Source: Botryllus schlosseri
Lineage: Eukaryota
Length of the DNA stretch: 64,000 nt
Assembly (NCBI GenBank): GCA_051294905.1
Contig: CM119372.1
Coordinates: forward strand, 38,628,001 to 38,692,000
Direction: 5' to 3'
The translations under genes and the position numbers were made by a program. Below the pieces are notes generated by a model, which was given only the letters and a program-made list of their open reading frames with translations, had not been told where the DNA came from and ran no database searches. Below are positions 1 to 15,100 of the stretch, piece after piece. The stretch's first letter is position 1, and each line of letters starts with the position of its first letter.

Positions 1-132
1 CTTAGTTTTTCAGACTTTGCTTGCTTATGCGTAGGATATTTTCCTTGTTTTACTTGATTATGGTCGGTTTTGATCTCATTCAGCAAACCCATCGCGTCAT
101 CGATCCTGGCATCTACGTCGGCATCTAGTTTT
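1..132 (-). CDS. CPLANE1: Probable CPLANE1 exon 32, truncated by the window edge
   Basis: tcccag|KLDADVDARIDDAMGLLNEIKTD... open to position 1. Confidence 0.45.
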
Positions 133-3100
133 CTGGGATGAATTAAATTATTTCCGTGAAATCCATTGGCACAGAAAGGAAGCTTGGCCTGAGTACTTTG
201 ATTTTTTCTTGTTGAGTTCAAGTTGCTTTGACGTCATCCTTGGCGTTTTGGGTGGGATATTCGGTTTCTCAGACTGGAGTTCGTGGAGCGGCTGCATCGC
301 ATCGCGCATTCTTTCGTCAACGTTGTCCGGGCTGCGAGAATTAGTAGAAATTTTAAAAAATATCAAAATTTAAATATTAAATTTATGAATATTTGGAACC
401 AGCTTGAAAATATACCGCAACGATGGGTGTTGAAATGATTCTTTCCAAAACATACTCTTAGAGGTACAGAAGCACAATACACCATTGAATAACTCAGTTT
501 GTGCGCATGACTCGACCAAGTCACGGGCCTGTGACCCGGCAAATTCTATATGGCTTATTCAAGACTCGTATATCGGGACCAACAATTGAAAAATAATCTT
601 GGAAACAATCATTTATCTGTTTGGAGTGAGAAAAATGAGCACGTTATGAATCAGAGGCCCTTGATATCCGCCAAGAATTGACCAGAAGTGAGTGGAATCT
701 GACTTGGACTCGGTGGTGAAATGAAAATGACTCAAATTCCAAAGTATAAAAGTCAAATTGACATGTGACTTGGAAACATTTGACATGGTTACAACCAGGG
801 CTTTGGAGCAGCCATAAATTTGCATTGCTCCAGCTCCGGAGCTTCCTTCTATCATACAGTAGCTCCGGCTCCAGCGCCGTATTATTACCACTGCTCCGGC
901 TCTGAAAACTAACGAAGGTGTCTGTCTATATCAGTGGCGGGCAGCCCGCGGCCTGCGAGCCATATGTGGCCCGCAATAAGGTTTTGAGTAGCCCGCGAGC
1001 TAATTTCCCATTATATTATCGAACTTCCCTGTTATATTATCGAAATTGAATTGCTCAGATTGTGAACTTGCAAGACCAACCAAAAATATAATTAGTATGG
1101 CCGCGACACTTGGGATGTTGATGACTACAATATCAGTTCCGACGCATTGACAGATCCAGGGTCCAGTCACATTTTTAGAAAATCGTCTTACTTTACAATA
1201 AACTAAAAAAGTAGTAAAATAATTCTTCACGCATCGCGTGTTTAATTGTCACGCGATGTCTTTCTTTGTAGCCTACCCCCACCGGTAAATGAAAAAACGT
1301 CTTACTTAGCCGATTGAGAATTATATTCGCAATTACGAGAAAAAGTCTTTTCGCGTTTGCGCTCGCAGAAAGATCGTCGACGATGAAATGTTGGCACAAA
1401 ATGATTTTCGTATATTAGCGGAAATCTTCGATATCGATATTTTCAGATGCCGAATAGTCCTGCCTTTGCAAACTGAGCCCAGCGGGCGGTATACAGTCGA
1501 CCCGCAATATACACAAGTAAAAATAATATTAACTTTGAAAATTTACGCGCCTGGCGCGGTTAGTGGGCAGCGCACTCGTTCGTCAATTTCATGTGGCCCT
1601 TCAGCCGAAAAGGTTGGCTACCACTTGTCTATATAGACTATAGACTACTAATTTACCCGTAGGTTAATTATCTATGGTAATCTAGAGTCTGTCAGCCGTC
1701 AGTAACATCGGATGCATGAAGACATAGGTGCCGCCGTGCCGGCTTGTGACGACATAATGAATATTTGTCAATAGTCGATATCATAGTTGCACTAGAAAAT
1801 ACTTTACTCCGTGCCATTGCTGTTGTATAGCATTCAAATTCTGATGCGACACTGGCACTGTACTCGTTAACATTAAGCCATACAGCTCAATCCAATCTTT
1901 AAATATCCTATTATTATTGAACTGCAACTGTAGTAAGAGCAATATGGGCGGATATAACGACGTGATCAATAGAAATTCGATTTGTACCAAATGGCCAATG
2001 GTTTGACGTTCGATATTGGTGCACTCGTTACCAGTCCATCCGGTGTCGGTCAAGTCTATCAGAACATAATATTTTCCCGTGAAGACGAATCGAATAATCG
2101 AATTAAACACTGTGCCATGCACTTTGCGCCATGCACATAACTAATTAAACCATGCAGTAGGCACATTGCACATCTACAAGTCACAGTGCGCGATAATCCA
2201 GGAATACTAGAGTATCAAGCAGACATCAAGAATGAATTTACGAAACAGATGATTACAAATTGGAAATCGCGTATCAAATCAGTAATTTGTCTCCAACATA
2301 AAATACCATGGGGTTTTCGGCTACTCTTCTGCCATCCCCTACTTACGCTCAAAAATCCTTACTGGAGTGAATGACGATGATGTGTAGTAATGAATTCCAA
2401 TTAGCACGCATAATTGCATACTCAATAACACTGTCCAATTTCGCGTCCCGATTGAAGAACTATCACGAAAGAACAAGTATTTGCTCATCCGTTTCATAGC
2501 AACGATGAGATGGAATTTCTCGGCTCGTGCTCGTCATATCGACATGTGCAACGAAATCACGTTTTTATCCTCTATCATTTCGCTTAATACATAGTGAGCA
2601 TTATTTTCGAACCGTATACCAACAAGGTTATTCTGATGATGAAATTGCGGGTATGCCGAATACCCACAATATTCATAGGTATATCTAGCATACCGAGGTT
2701 CGGCACTCATGTATGAAAATTGAACATTGAACATATGACTGCTCTGCTGTTAAATCCCCAGGAACATGGATAGTCGGAAAAGATAGCGCCAAAGAGGAAA
2801 CGACTCTTGATTTCGCGAAGGTCTGCTGTTGAATTATGTGAACTCAGCAGATATGGTTGTTGCATATATAAGCATCTTATGAAATACGTCGGTGCCGGAG
2901 CTACCCCTCAAATAACTGGCTCCAGCTCCGGCTCCGGTAAAAATCCACGGCTCCGGGCTCCGGCTCCAAAGCCCTAACTAATATTCCCACTAAGCACACA
3001 AAAGTCTGTGCAGTGCACAAAAAAGCTGAAATGATGACCTTTTTTCAGTCTTTATGCGCAGATGTCCAAGGGACCGCGCATGGAGTTGGTGAGTGAGCGC

Positions 3101-6100
3101 GGACTCGTGAAAAATGAGAGGGAACATTGGTTATAACCCCGAATCTCAGTGGCGAGGATGTCTGTCATTACTAGACTGGTATCATTGTCATGAATGTCAC
3201 CAGCCCTATTTAGAATATATTATAAATCGCCCTCAAGATACTAACATAGAATTATCAGTTTCAGCTTCCGAGAGCAGCGAACCGTTCACCATCGCTTCCA
3301 ATTCGTTCCACGATAAAGAACTCAACAGTGAACCTGCGGAAAGAAAAGCAAACATTGTGGTTTTGACAAACGCCTTCATTTTTATTGTAAGCCAGTAAAT
3401 TTGTGTATCACTGCTATGAGCGTACCATTATCTCAATTCGGAGACAAGGATAACAGATATGAATAACGATTCGTGTGACATTTTTCACATTGTCACATCA
3501 CCAAAAAAAATGACTAGATATAAAATCGGCTCAGTCGTACCATAAAGTTTAAAAATTCAATCTACTTGTTATTTTTACACACAGAAGACTCTTTTAAACC
3601 AAAATACAGCAACAGCACTATATTATGGGTAGTAAATTTATCATAGTTACAGACTTTCACGGATATCATGTACATAAATAAACCCCAGTCATGTATGTAA
3701 GTATTTACCTAGATAATCAAATAACATGGCAATAATTCAATCAGTTTTACGTCAACCACCTATTGTAAATTTGAAATAATCAGTTGGAATATAACATTAT
3801 TGAAGTATTTTTAATCACAATTGTTTTTTGTACGATTTTCGCTTGTAAGCTATTATTCAGTGCAGCTTCTCAAAAGGTTCCGGCAATGGTCTGACATAAT
3901 ATGTTCAATTGTTCATCTCATCTGCCCTGATATCTTTCTTTTGTTGTTCTGATGTCTCGGTAGAACCTCTACCCTTGCTAATCAACAAGGAAATCAGGAA
4001 ATATATGAAGATGACTGAACAGGAAGAGAACTTTTATGCTCATGTTTGTGCTCAAGTTTTCGATATGCAGATACGAATTTTTGGACCAACTGTTTGTAGT
4101 TGGGTGCTTTGTTATTATCTAAAAAGTTTTATTTACTACATCTCAGGAGAAATTACATGCAGTGAATGCAATTTTACAGCTTTCTACTCCTCTTTAATCT
4201 TGGTAGAATGACCAATAGATACAGGAGAAGATGTATTTCCGTTGTGCAAAAGTACTATTTTTAGGCTTGACAAACCACAAATATTTCACATCATGTCATG
4301 TTAATATTGATAGAATGACTGAAAATGACATGAGGGTTCTTCATAGTAAATTAACTATTTGTGCGCGGTATAAAATTAGAAAAAACGAAGATTTTCTTTC
4401 AATCAAGTGAAATATTTAAGGGTAAATACAGTAATTTTGGGCTTTTTAGGGGTATAAATATCTTCTGACAAAGAGCCAATCTGACAAAACTAATGTGATA
4501 TTCGTAATCAGCAACCTCAATAACCCCTGAAACGGCTCTCAGATGGTCTGCCTAAAAGATTTTTTTCATTTTGTTGGCCAGTGTGTAATACATTGTAGCA
4601 AACTACAGAATCACGCAGGCTTATCCAGGGCAGGGGGAAGTACGGCGATCCCTGTTGACAGATGCGAATTAAATTATGTAATAACTAGGGCTATTTTTTT
4701 GACATGTCAAAAAGTCAAAATTATGTCAAAATTGTAGCGTTAAGTCAAAAAATGTCAAAATTATTTTACAAAGTCAAAATTTTTTTGCAACCTGCATTTT
4801 GATTGGATCGTAGATTTTGCAGTGTCGGTGAACTTATCATTTGACATTTTACAGCTTGTAGCCTACCGTTGCAGACGGCACATCGTCTGCTCATTGTGAA
4901 GCATAAACATTCAAATGAAACAAATAGGTTGTCATGGTGTTATGGTCAACGTACCGCAATATCCCAACTGAAGCAAGACTGCGTGGACATAGCATGGTTC
5001 TTATGTCAAGAAGCACATGATGAAAAATTGTGATGTAGACACCATTGCAAGAATGAAGCAACACGGTTTGTCACCAGCAGTGTACGCACAACTTGAGTGT
5101 TGTCAGCCAACAACTGCTGCTGTTGAACGTTCTTTCTCCATTATTGGCAAGCTACTTCGTAAGGACAGACACTTTCTACTCGAGATTGTAGGAAAGTACC
5201 TTTCGTTGTACTACAACCAATTTTCATTATTTCTACCATAATACGTGATGTAACTACTGGGATTCTTCGTAGCGCCAGATTTCATTAAAATAAAGTTTTT
5301 TCATGTAGAAATTTGTCAGTTTTTGAGTCAAAATAGTTTTTTCAGGCCACACTGCTTTGTAAGGACAGACAGTTCCAACCTGAAATGAAGATAAGAAGTA
5401 TAATTCTAGCATTATGAGGGAAAATACCTAATTTGCATACGTTAGGTCAAAATTTGGTCAAAATTAATTTTTTTAGGTCAAAAAATGTCAAAATTTTATA
5501 TTTTTAGATCAAAATCCTCTTTTTTTAGGTAAAAAAAATCGCCCTAGTAATAACACCTAGCCGATTGTAGCAAATTGCAGATTCATACAGGCTCACAGAG
5601 GACTGCTACGTATTGAATTGAAAATTTACAGAAATGTGTAAGGTTCCCAATGAGCAGTTTCAGCAGTATGAAACTAGAAATGGCTGATTTTGGTAAGCAG
5701 ATACTCAAACTGGTTGGCTAATTCACTTACCTTCGTCTAATCTATGTGTGCTGGAAGTCGGTGTGAGAAGTCTCTCCGAATGTCTGTCTTCCTCCACGAT
5801 TGAGGGTCCATATTCTGGCACATACAAATATTAACATCATTTTTTTAAGCTATATATTACCACCCCTTTACTTATACATTTACTTTACTATTAGACTGCT
5901 TTCGAAGCGAATTTACTGGAGCATAGTAAGTTTCAATTAGACCGTTTTACAGGTGAATTTGACATTATGGTCAATTGGTGTTCTCAGGTTGGTAATAATG
6001 ACTTGAGTCTTGACTCGAATCCCCATTTTGATTGACTCGACTTGACTGGAGTCGTTTTCTCAAAAATGGAAAATGACTTGACTTGCACTAGGTCTAAATA

Positions 6101-9100
6101 GGCCCAGAAAATGTCTTAGATCTGTTTGAAAAAAGACGTTAACCCTTTGCGACCGGCGGACCAGTATACTGGACCGCGATTGTTTAACACGGAGGAGTCG
6201 TTATTTATTCTAAGATAGCTCGACCTGCATTACTTTCTAAACTGTAACAATCGATTTATATGGATAGCTATTATGAATACGCATACATAAGACCATGTAC
6301 ATTGTACAACCTATTATATCAATGTATATCCTGCTTGAGGTGCAGATTGAACACGCAAAAACGTTTCCCGCAAAATTGAATTTGTAATGATGTTCGCGTG
6401 AATGAACGCCTGGAATACAAACCATTGTATCTTCCGTTCTAGACGTCATATAACCAATTACAGTTATCTTCTATGACTTGTTGTTGGTCATACTATTCTA
6501 TGAAAGTCATTATATCAAATCGACGCGAAAGAAAGCAATACCTTATTACGTGAAAATCATGGCTGCGTAAGTTCATCCGACTCGTTGCGGCTTCAAACAG
6601 ATGTACAATTGCTTCAGGCAATTGCAAATTGTACATATGGTTGGCCATTATCCTGGCATATTCATCAATATCCCTATCATGGGGTTTAGTATTGTATAAC
6701 GAAGCCGACACCAGCCCTAACACTACACAAATAAGCGTGAGAGTTAGGCTGTTTTGGTACCAGAGCCTGTAATAACAACATCATATAGAGGCAGTTATAT
6801 ATCTGTTTAGATGGCACACGAAGTTACTGTTGGCTTCTATGACTACTGATGGTCATACATGGAACATTAGCCGTGTAGAATACAGTTCAAATTGATGTGA
6901 AATAAAGCAATAATGTATCACATGAAATGACTTCTCGAGCGTATATGGGAACTGGGCAGTGTCGAATAAGGATAAGCCAATATGTGTATACTTACGAATC
7001 CGTTATGCAGTTGCAAGTTACATATAACAAGCCACTGGGGTTGATACCACTTCAATAGCATGGAGATATATAAAATAGTTACTATGTTATGTAGAATTGG
7101 ATGTGAATTGCCTTCCGCGAGATTACGCGATTAAGTAATCGATTACTCATCGGTGGCTGCCGCGTGACTCATGCTTATCATGTCTACCTTTCCAAGATCG
7201 AAGCGCTAGAGTAGCGTGTAACGTCTCGTTGGAACGTAGAGATTCATGCGGAACTCAATCAGGTGTTCATATATCAAGAGAGGGCCTAAGTATGACGTCA
7301 GGATATCTAGAAGAACAAAATTATAATTTATTTTCAAGAAATCGAGAACATTTTCTCGCACACCGCTATTCCCTCAGGCGTCTGAGCCGTAAGAGTATCT
7401 TGGACCGCTAGGCGGCTACTTCAGGTTTACGGCAATATATTGGGCGTCAATTTAAGACATATGGATGACATTTTATCGTCTTTTTTGTGGATGCAGTAAA
7501 ATTTTGGTCAGTAGGCCGGCCGATTACAAAGGGTTAAGAGTGAGAAAAGAAATGAGTATTACAATTCGGAAGCTTTCGATATCATGACTATTTTGACCAA
7601 AGACTACCCATTAAAATGATTCAAACGGATTGGAAATCAATTTGTATTGAGAATCCGCAAAAATTCAGCGTAGAACCGCAAATGAGGGCCTACATCACAC
7701 CTTTGTTTAAACTGGCTTTCGAAACACATGATCTACACACCTGCCAAGCTGAACGCTTCGTCAATCCTTCTTCTGTATCGCGACAACTCTTCCAGGCCCC
7801 GACTCTGAGTAGATCTCGGGCTTCTAGCGGGACTTTGACGCTTTTCCACGTCATATGTGCGTGCCATATCCATACCCCTTGTGTTTAAAAAGACAAATGG
7901 TAATTTTACGGGCTAATCTATGTAAGATCTAAGGTCGAATTTGGCCTATGCTTAGTAGCATTCGATGTATGTTCAATAGGGCTCTTCAAAAATGACTTTT
8001 TTCTCAAATTGTACTAACTACTTGATAAAATTGTTGGGTTACCTAATTTAAGCCTACACACCAAATTTGGTTCAGTTCCAGCCAGTAACCGCATTGCTAC
8101 AGAAGAAATTTTGAAATAAATAAACAAATATATCAAAATTCTTTCTGTTCACCCCATGAAAGTGTTAGCTTGTCTATGGAAATGATGTCCACCAAATTTG
8201 GCTCAATTCCAACCAGCGGAAGCAGAGTTTGTGGCTATATCGATGCGCTGTACCTCCTGACCCACACTTAATTACTAGAGGCACACCTAGATATATATAA
8301 TTTGCGAAGAATATGGTTCTGTGTCGCGCGGCACAATAGCAATTTCGGTCATTTCTGTAAAAATCAAAATAGATACGAAAAATATCTATTACTGTGTCAA
8401 TAGAATGGTAGAATTAGCAACAAATTACCGGAGTGCATGTAAATGAAAACTGACAATGGCAATTATATAGAGGTAGGCAAATTTTCCATAAAGACTGAAG
8501 TCTCCCAACTCACCCGATAAGATCCGATGGGGGTAGATAGGTCTGAAAACCGCCAACGGAATCTTCAGTTCCCGACATAGCAGGGCTGGGCAGACCGGTA
8601 GGTGTCGTGGACCTTCTCATATTCTACATGCACATAACAAAATGTCAGACTTGATATCTTGCACCAAAAAAACATGCTGACTACAGTTGTTGTGAGCTTT
8701 ACCAAAGCTGCATTGATCAAAGACCAAATCCCAATTTGATAAAAATTCTTCATTAAATGAATTGACTATGAACTGTGATGTAATAATCATTGCTAACCAT
8801 TGCTTTTCATTGGCTAGAAAATTTATTGAAATGAACTCGGATATTTTCAGCTGACACTCGACAGGGGCAATCGACAGCAACTAGTAGAGAATAATCGCAT
8901 CTCAACATTCGCTCTCAGATTTATTTACATATCAACATACTATTCCATAATGTTAAATCATCATAAGTCACAGAATGCAAGTGATGCATTGACAAAGGTC
9001 ACAAACTTAGTATTTTATCGACCTTACCTGAGCCATGGACGGTGCAAAATGCACTGCAGGTGAGCTAGACGCTGTACGCTCAACTGGTTCGTTGTAGACC

Positions 9101-12100
9101 TGTAATGCAAAAAATCAATTGCACCAATCAATATGCCCGAGCACAAAATTACAGGGGATAATAGTGACAGATAAATTGCAGGTGTCAGAAAACATTCCGC
9201 GCATATCAGGAATGATGGGAATCATGCTGTCTGTGGGCAAACCACGGACATATTATTGCGAAAATGCTAACATATAACAATAAAACACACTGAAAAAAAT
9301 GTAGTAGGCCTAGGCTATAGCACAGACATCTGGGGTAATTGTAACAGGTAAAAATGATGATTCGAGATGAGAGACGCTCCCTCATTATCAACTAGAACCA
9401 TTGCACAGCTGAAAAATATCCCATTAAACTTGAATAACTTATTGACTGACACGGTCAGTAATTTAAAACATGTAATTGATTTTACAGTTAAATCACGACG
9501 ATGTACACAATGGTTGACAATTACCTAAACACGGTAAATATCTTTCTGCTACTAAATTAATCAATTGACTTGTGTTGTTGATAGAAGTAATGAATACGTG
9601 ATGCAAATCACATTTGTTGTTGGGAGAACCATCATATGATTTTAATATTTTATAATAATAATAATAACACTGTGGAATCTTTCCAACCTCTATTGATCGT
9701 ATCACAGCATCTAAAACACGTAGTAGTAAGCATATCTGTGAACACGTGATCAACCCACAACATTGCCACAAAGTAGAACGAAATAGGTATGGTGAGGAAA
9801 TGTCAAGATATTTTAATGTAACATAGGTCAGGTATCAAGGCTACCACAATGGAAAACAGTATCGAGACTATAATAAGTTGATGAATTGTCTCTTAGCGAC
9901 AAGGTGCTTATAATTTCGGTATTGGAAAAAACCCATCTCTAATTAATCGACGGGAATCTTTGGAATAAACACTTGATTTAGATTCAAGTACTCGTACCAT
10001 TGTGCTCAGCCCTAGTCTGAATTAACATACTGGTATTCTAGAGTGCAATTCCTTATGCATTTCGCCGACTGCCGCGATCTCGCTTGACATGTGATCCATC
10101 GCTGACTCGAATCTGCTTCTGACAAGGTTTTGCACGGTAGGTATCTGCACAAGGGTGTAAGAGGTGAAGTTATGTCACAAATTGAGATTGTGAAGAGCAA
10201 TCATAAACACTTGAAACAGCACTTGAAATATGTATTGTCGGATTTAACTTTCGTCAAAGGGAAAGTTTTACGATACCGGAGGTTAATAAAATTTCAGTAA
10301 GCAGCCAGTAATTACAATAATGCCATGTTCTCTCTGATTCCTGAATATCTGAGTTTCATTGATCTCTGTGGTTATTGAATGGCGTTCACTGAGCCAGTCT
10401 CAGGCGTCCTAGAGGTGAAGTAACACACCCGAGTCATAAAGCAAAGACTCCACTGAGACACAGCAAATATTCAAAGAGCTTCTTGGAGGTACAGAACTTC
10501 ATTATATAATTGAACAGTATATTCATATTGAAATGAACCCGAATATTTTCAGCTGACACTCGTCAGGGGTAATCGTCAGCAACTAGTAGAGAATTTTCAA
10601 AAGAACATGGTATATCAACAATCGTATCACAAAATATGACGTCACCAGCATGAAAGAGAGAGCATTCAATATACTATTTTTAGGTGGTACACGAACTCCT
10701 TTTGTTGACAGAGTTTTGGTTGGTGTATTTTGATAAAAGTCGACTCCAAGGCACACAAGCGGAATTGTGAACGACCTCGCCCAACGATTCGAAATCGGTC
10801 GTCTCGATAATTATTCGCGCACATCGGATTATCTAACAGATGTTTGCCGATGTCAGAATTAATGGCCTCTGATCGATCTTTCGAAAATATTCAATGATAA
10901 TTAATCTTTACGTTTTGTGTGAAAATCATGATTTATTGGTTTTGTAAATTTGACACTATTGTTGATGTACAATTCTTTTGTGCATCAGTATTAGGGTTGA
11001 AAAGTATATTCATAGTGAAATAGACCCGACTATTTTCGGCTGACACTCGTCAGGAGTAATTGTCAGCACCAAGCAGAGAATTGGAAAGGACATTGTACAT
11101 CAACAATTGTACCACAAAATATGGCGTCACCAGCGTGAAATTTCAAATAAGAGAGCGTTTAATGTACCCTTTTTTGATGGTACACGGACTCGTTTTATTG
11201 ATACAGCTTTGAATATACTATTCAATAGTATATTGAAGTTCTGCACCTCTAAGAAGTTCTGTACCTTCAAAAGGAACTGTTTTCTACGGATTCCGGGGAT
11301 TCACTGATTGAATTCCTAGGTTGTATACACAAAATTTGACTCCATTCCAACCGGTAGACGCAGAGCCAATTGAAATTTTTGAATTTAGTTTCAAATTTAA
11401 CTTTAACCCCATGAAATTGTGACGTCGCCTAAGAGAACGATGACTGAATTTTTTTCTTACTTTCAGTCGGTAGAAGCGATTGTGTTGCGGTTGAAAGTTT
11501 TGGATTTGCAAAAATAGCATTGATGGTGGCTAATCCAAGAAGTAGTATTGAAAACTTTGCTTCTACTGGTCGGAATCGCGTCAAATTTGTTGCACATTGT
11601 TTTTACAGACAACTTATCAATTTCATGGGCGATTAGGTCGGCGGTAGTTTGAGGTTAAGGGTCTGTAACGGACACGAACAACTGTTTTCACAGACAACCG
11701 TTGGTGACAACTTACAAAATGACAGGATGCATCTTGGCGACAGCACAAAATGACTGATAGCACTATTAACAGGTGCAATTTCCGAAAATATATCTATTTA
11801 TCGTGATATCGGGCTATCTGACTGATTGAAGTGCTGCAAATCACAACACGACTATACTATTCAACTTCCTAATATCAAAAATGATGCGATGGAATAATTG
11901 ATGCACAGCAGTCCAAAATCAACCATCTACTTCACAAAAGCTCAAGCTTACAAAACAGTTTTGTGACAGAAATTGTTGATAGAAATGGGAGGGTTAAATT
12001 TATGATAGATTGAGTAACTAGTGATAGCAGACAGAATTGATTTAAGTGCAAGCGCTTTGTTATGGACAATTTTTGGTGTCGAACAATACCAAGAAAAACG

Positions 12101-15100
12101 ATCATTGTTAAATGGGAAATACCTTCATTTCCTCTTCCAACTGTTGCATTCGAGTGATTTCATGCGCCTTCAATTCCTTGACAGGTACCCGGTCCAGATC
12201 CTGCACCCTGTTTCTTTCCGGGTCCAGGAACTTTTCCACAAATTGCTCGTGGACGCCGTGACGATCCAAGCGGCTCGGAATTTGCCTGTGATCAAATAAC
12301 ACTGCCGAAAAAGGTTCACTACAAAAATTTTAGGAAGATACTCTTGGAAACGCAGAACTTCGATATACAATTGAATGATACATTCGTGTTGAAATGAACC
12401 CGACTACTTTCGACTGACACTGATCAGAGGTAATCGTCAGCAATTAGTACAGAATTATAATATACAAAGTTATTTTAAATTGTCTAATAGTCGCTGACGA
12501 TTACCTCAGACAAGTGTCAGTCGAAAATATTTGGTATATTACAATATGAATAAGCCAGGGTTGTAACCAGGTCCCGAAACTCCGAGTCACAAGTCGATCT
12601 TCCTTTTATAGTTTTGACTCGAGTCATTTTCAATTCACTACCGAGTCAAGTCCGAGTTCAAGTCAGCGAGAAGAGGTTCGAGTCTGAGTCCAAGTCATTG
12701 TGTTGACTGATCAGTTTACAGTTAAATTCTCGTTAAACCCCCTTTTTATAACTCTGTTTGGTGATATCGAATAGTTCGCATTGATAATATGCTAATTTTC
12801 CTCACTTTCAGCAGTTTCTGGTCGCATTTTTAAGTACCAGTAACAATAGACAAAATCCCAATTGTGTGGTTACTTTACTATTCTTCGAAATTACAATGAA
12901 ATGTCGGTCTTGGCCGTCTGCGTCTCAAGTCATATGAATTGGTCCAAGTCATGCGCAATGACTTGAGTCCATGTCGAGTCAACACACAGATTGACTCGAG
13001 TTGAGTCATTTCCATATCTTGAGAAAATGATTCGAGTCGAGTCATCAGAAATTCGTGACTCGAGTCATTACAATCCTGTCGTTAGCTATAAAAATGCACA
13101 ATTTTAGGATTGATGCCCTAAAAACTGTTGATAAAAAAGGATTACCGTAAACCGGGGTAACTTTGGACAATTTTCAACAATTCCGCTCTGTATCTTGGAA
13201 ATGCTGGGGTGTAGGGGAGGCAAGTTTTGTGTTTTTCATGGGTCATGGAGCAAAGATTAGAATTACCTAATCCAAAATCTTCATGGTCATGAATAAGTAC
13301 CTTATTTTCGTAAATTATCCGTGTCCAAAGTTACCCCTGCATCAGGCCGGTCATAATGACTATAGTTGACGATACACTTTGACACAGATGAAGCAGCCAC
13401 TTTCCGGAGCTCTCAATATCACATTTTCTACTGTCCAAAGTTGCCCCATTCTGATAAAATTTGACGGGGCAACTTTGGACATCACATTTTCTTGTATTGA
13501 TCTAAGAGTGAGCCCACTGAGATTTTTGCCATGGATTAAGACTACTTAGAGGTATCTGCTGCCAAGTTTTGAATCTATGAATCACATGCTATCTATGTTT
13601 GGTTGTAAGAAGTTTAATGGCCATCAGTTTTGATGAAATTGACCCCCGCCATTAATTTATCAATGTTGGGTCAAGTTTAACTGGCAGTGAAATGAATCCA
13701 TCTTTTATTGAAACTACTTGTGGTACTCATGCCTCATGAAAAAGAATTGGACATCCAGCGGCAACCATTTTCCATCAATAACCATTTAAATCTTTTACTG
13801 CTTAGTGTCCAAAGTTACCCTTAAGTCCAAAGTTACCCCGGTTTACGGTATGTCCGGAACCTATATACTTGATGTTGTCTGGCTTAAATCAGAAATGCTA
13901 TTCAATCCAAGTGATTCAGCATTTCGGGATTTTGAAAAACCGAGTGGGATATGTATTACCGGAGATGGCACTTGGATAAATATACTTTGACTTACCTAGG
14001 AGGTCTGTGTTCAAGCATCTCGATAGGCCCAACGCCAGTGTCGACACGATTGTCGACATCTTCCGTCTGTTGCCCTGCCTCTCTCCACATCAGCTGGAAC
14101 ATCACAAAACATAATGTCGCTCACAGACCATGGATATATTATAGCTCAAGATTATCGTACAAACTATCAATCTATTTAGCTGACGATAAACAAACTACTG
14201 ATTTTTTCAGTAGTTCCAGTTTAGGTGCGCATTTTGGAAAGCGGGTAGTTCAGTTCCAGTTCTAGTTCTTTTTAAAATGCAATTAGTTTTAGTACCAGTT
14301 ACGTGTTTTGAAAAGTAAGTCGATCTACCACTATTTCCAGGGTCGAAGCGTGGTCTTACTTGTCAAGGCAACTTCAGTCAAATCCTCCTACCTTTTCGTG
14401 GTCTACGATGGTTTTGTAGTGTGCTAGCACGCTGTTTCTGATGTTCACTGCGTCTTCGTCCATTAACACTGTTGGTATCAATTCTTTCGGGATCTCGATT
14501 TTTTCCTCAGGCTCTGCAAAAAATAGATTTGAAGAGCTTCTTAACGGTACCGAACTTCAATATACAATTGAATAGTATATTGATATTGAAATGAACCCGA
14601 TATGTTTTCGGCTGACACTCGTCAGGGGGTAATCGCCAGCAACTAGTAGAGAATTGGAAAGAACATTGGTACATCAACAATCGTATCACAAAATATGACG
14701 TCACCAGCATGAAATTTCGAATATGAGAGTGTTCAATGCACTATTTTTAGATGGTACACAAACTCGTTATGTTGATGCAGCCTTGGCTGGTGTATTTTGA
14801 TAAAAGTCGACTCCAAGGCACACAAACGAAAGTGTAACCGGCCCCTTCCTTTAAATATTTGAACAGAAGGTACAAAGATTTTGACTTGGAATAGAGCCAT
14901 GATTTTCCACACTAGAATTAAATGATCTAAAGCTCTATTATTGCGGTGAGTGTGCCGTTTCAATAGCTTTGATCTGAAGACATTGCGCTCACTGCTCAGT
15001 CAATTTACAACAGGCCTACCTGGTACGATTACATTGCTTTCGTTCCAAGCCGGTATTGGCTTCGCAGGAGGTTCTCTGGCCTCAGCAGGTCTTTGTAATG

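Noticed and set aside
5017..5241. Small hAT-domain ORFs (also 33632-33997) as domesticated genes
   Set aside because: They are fragments inside TIR/TSD-bounded deletion derivatives, and the second copy has a mutated ERSFS motif.
9100..10285. Possible third piggyBac-like element ending GGAGG|TTAA
   Set aside because: No matching left TIR found, and similarity to the other two is only impressionistic.
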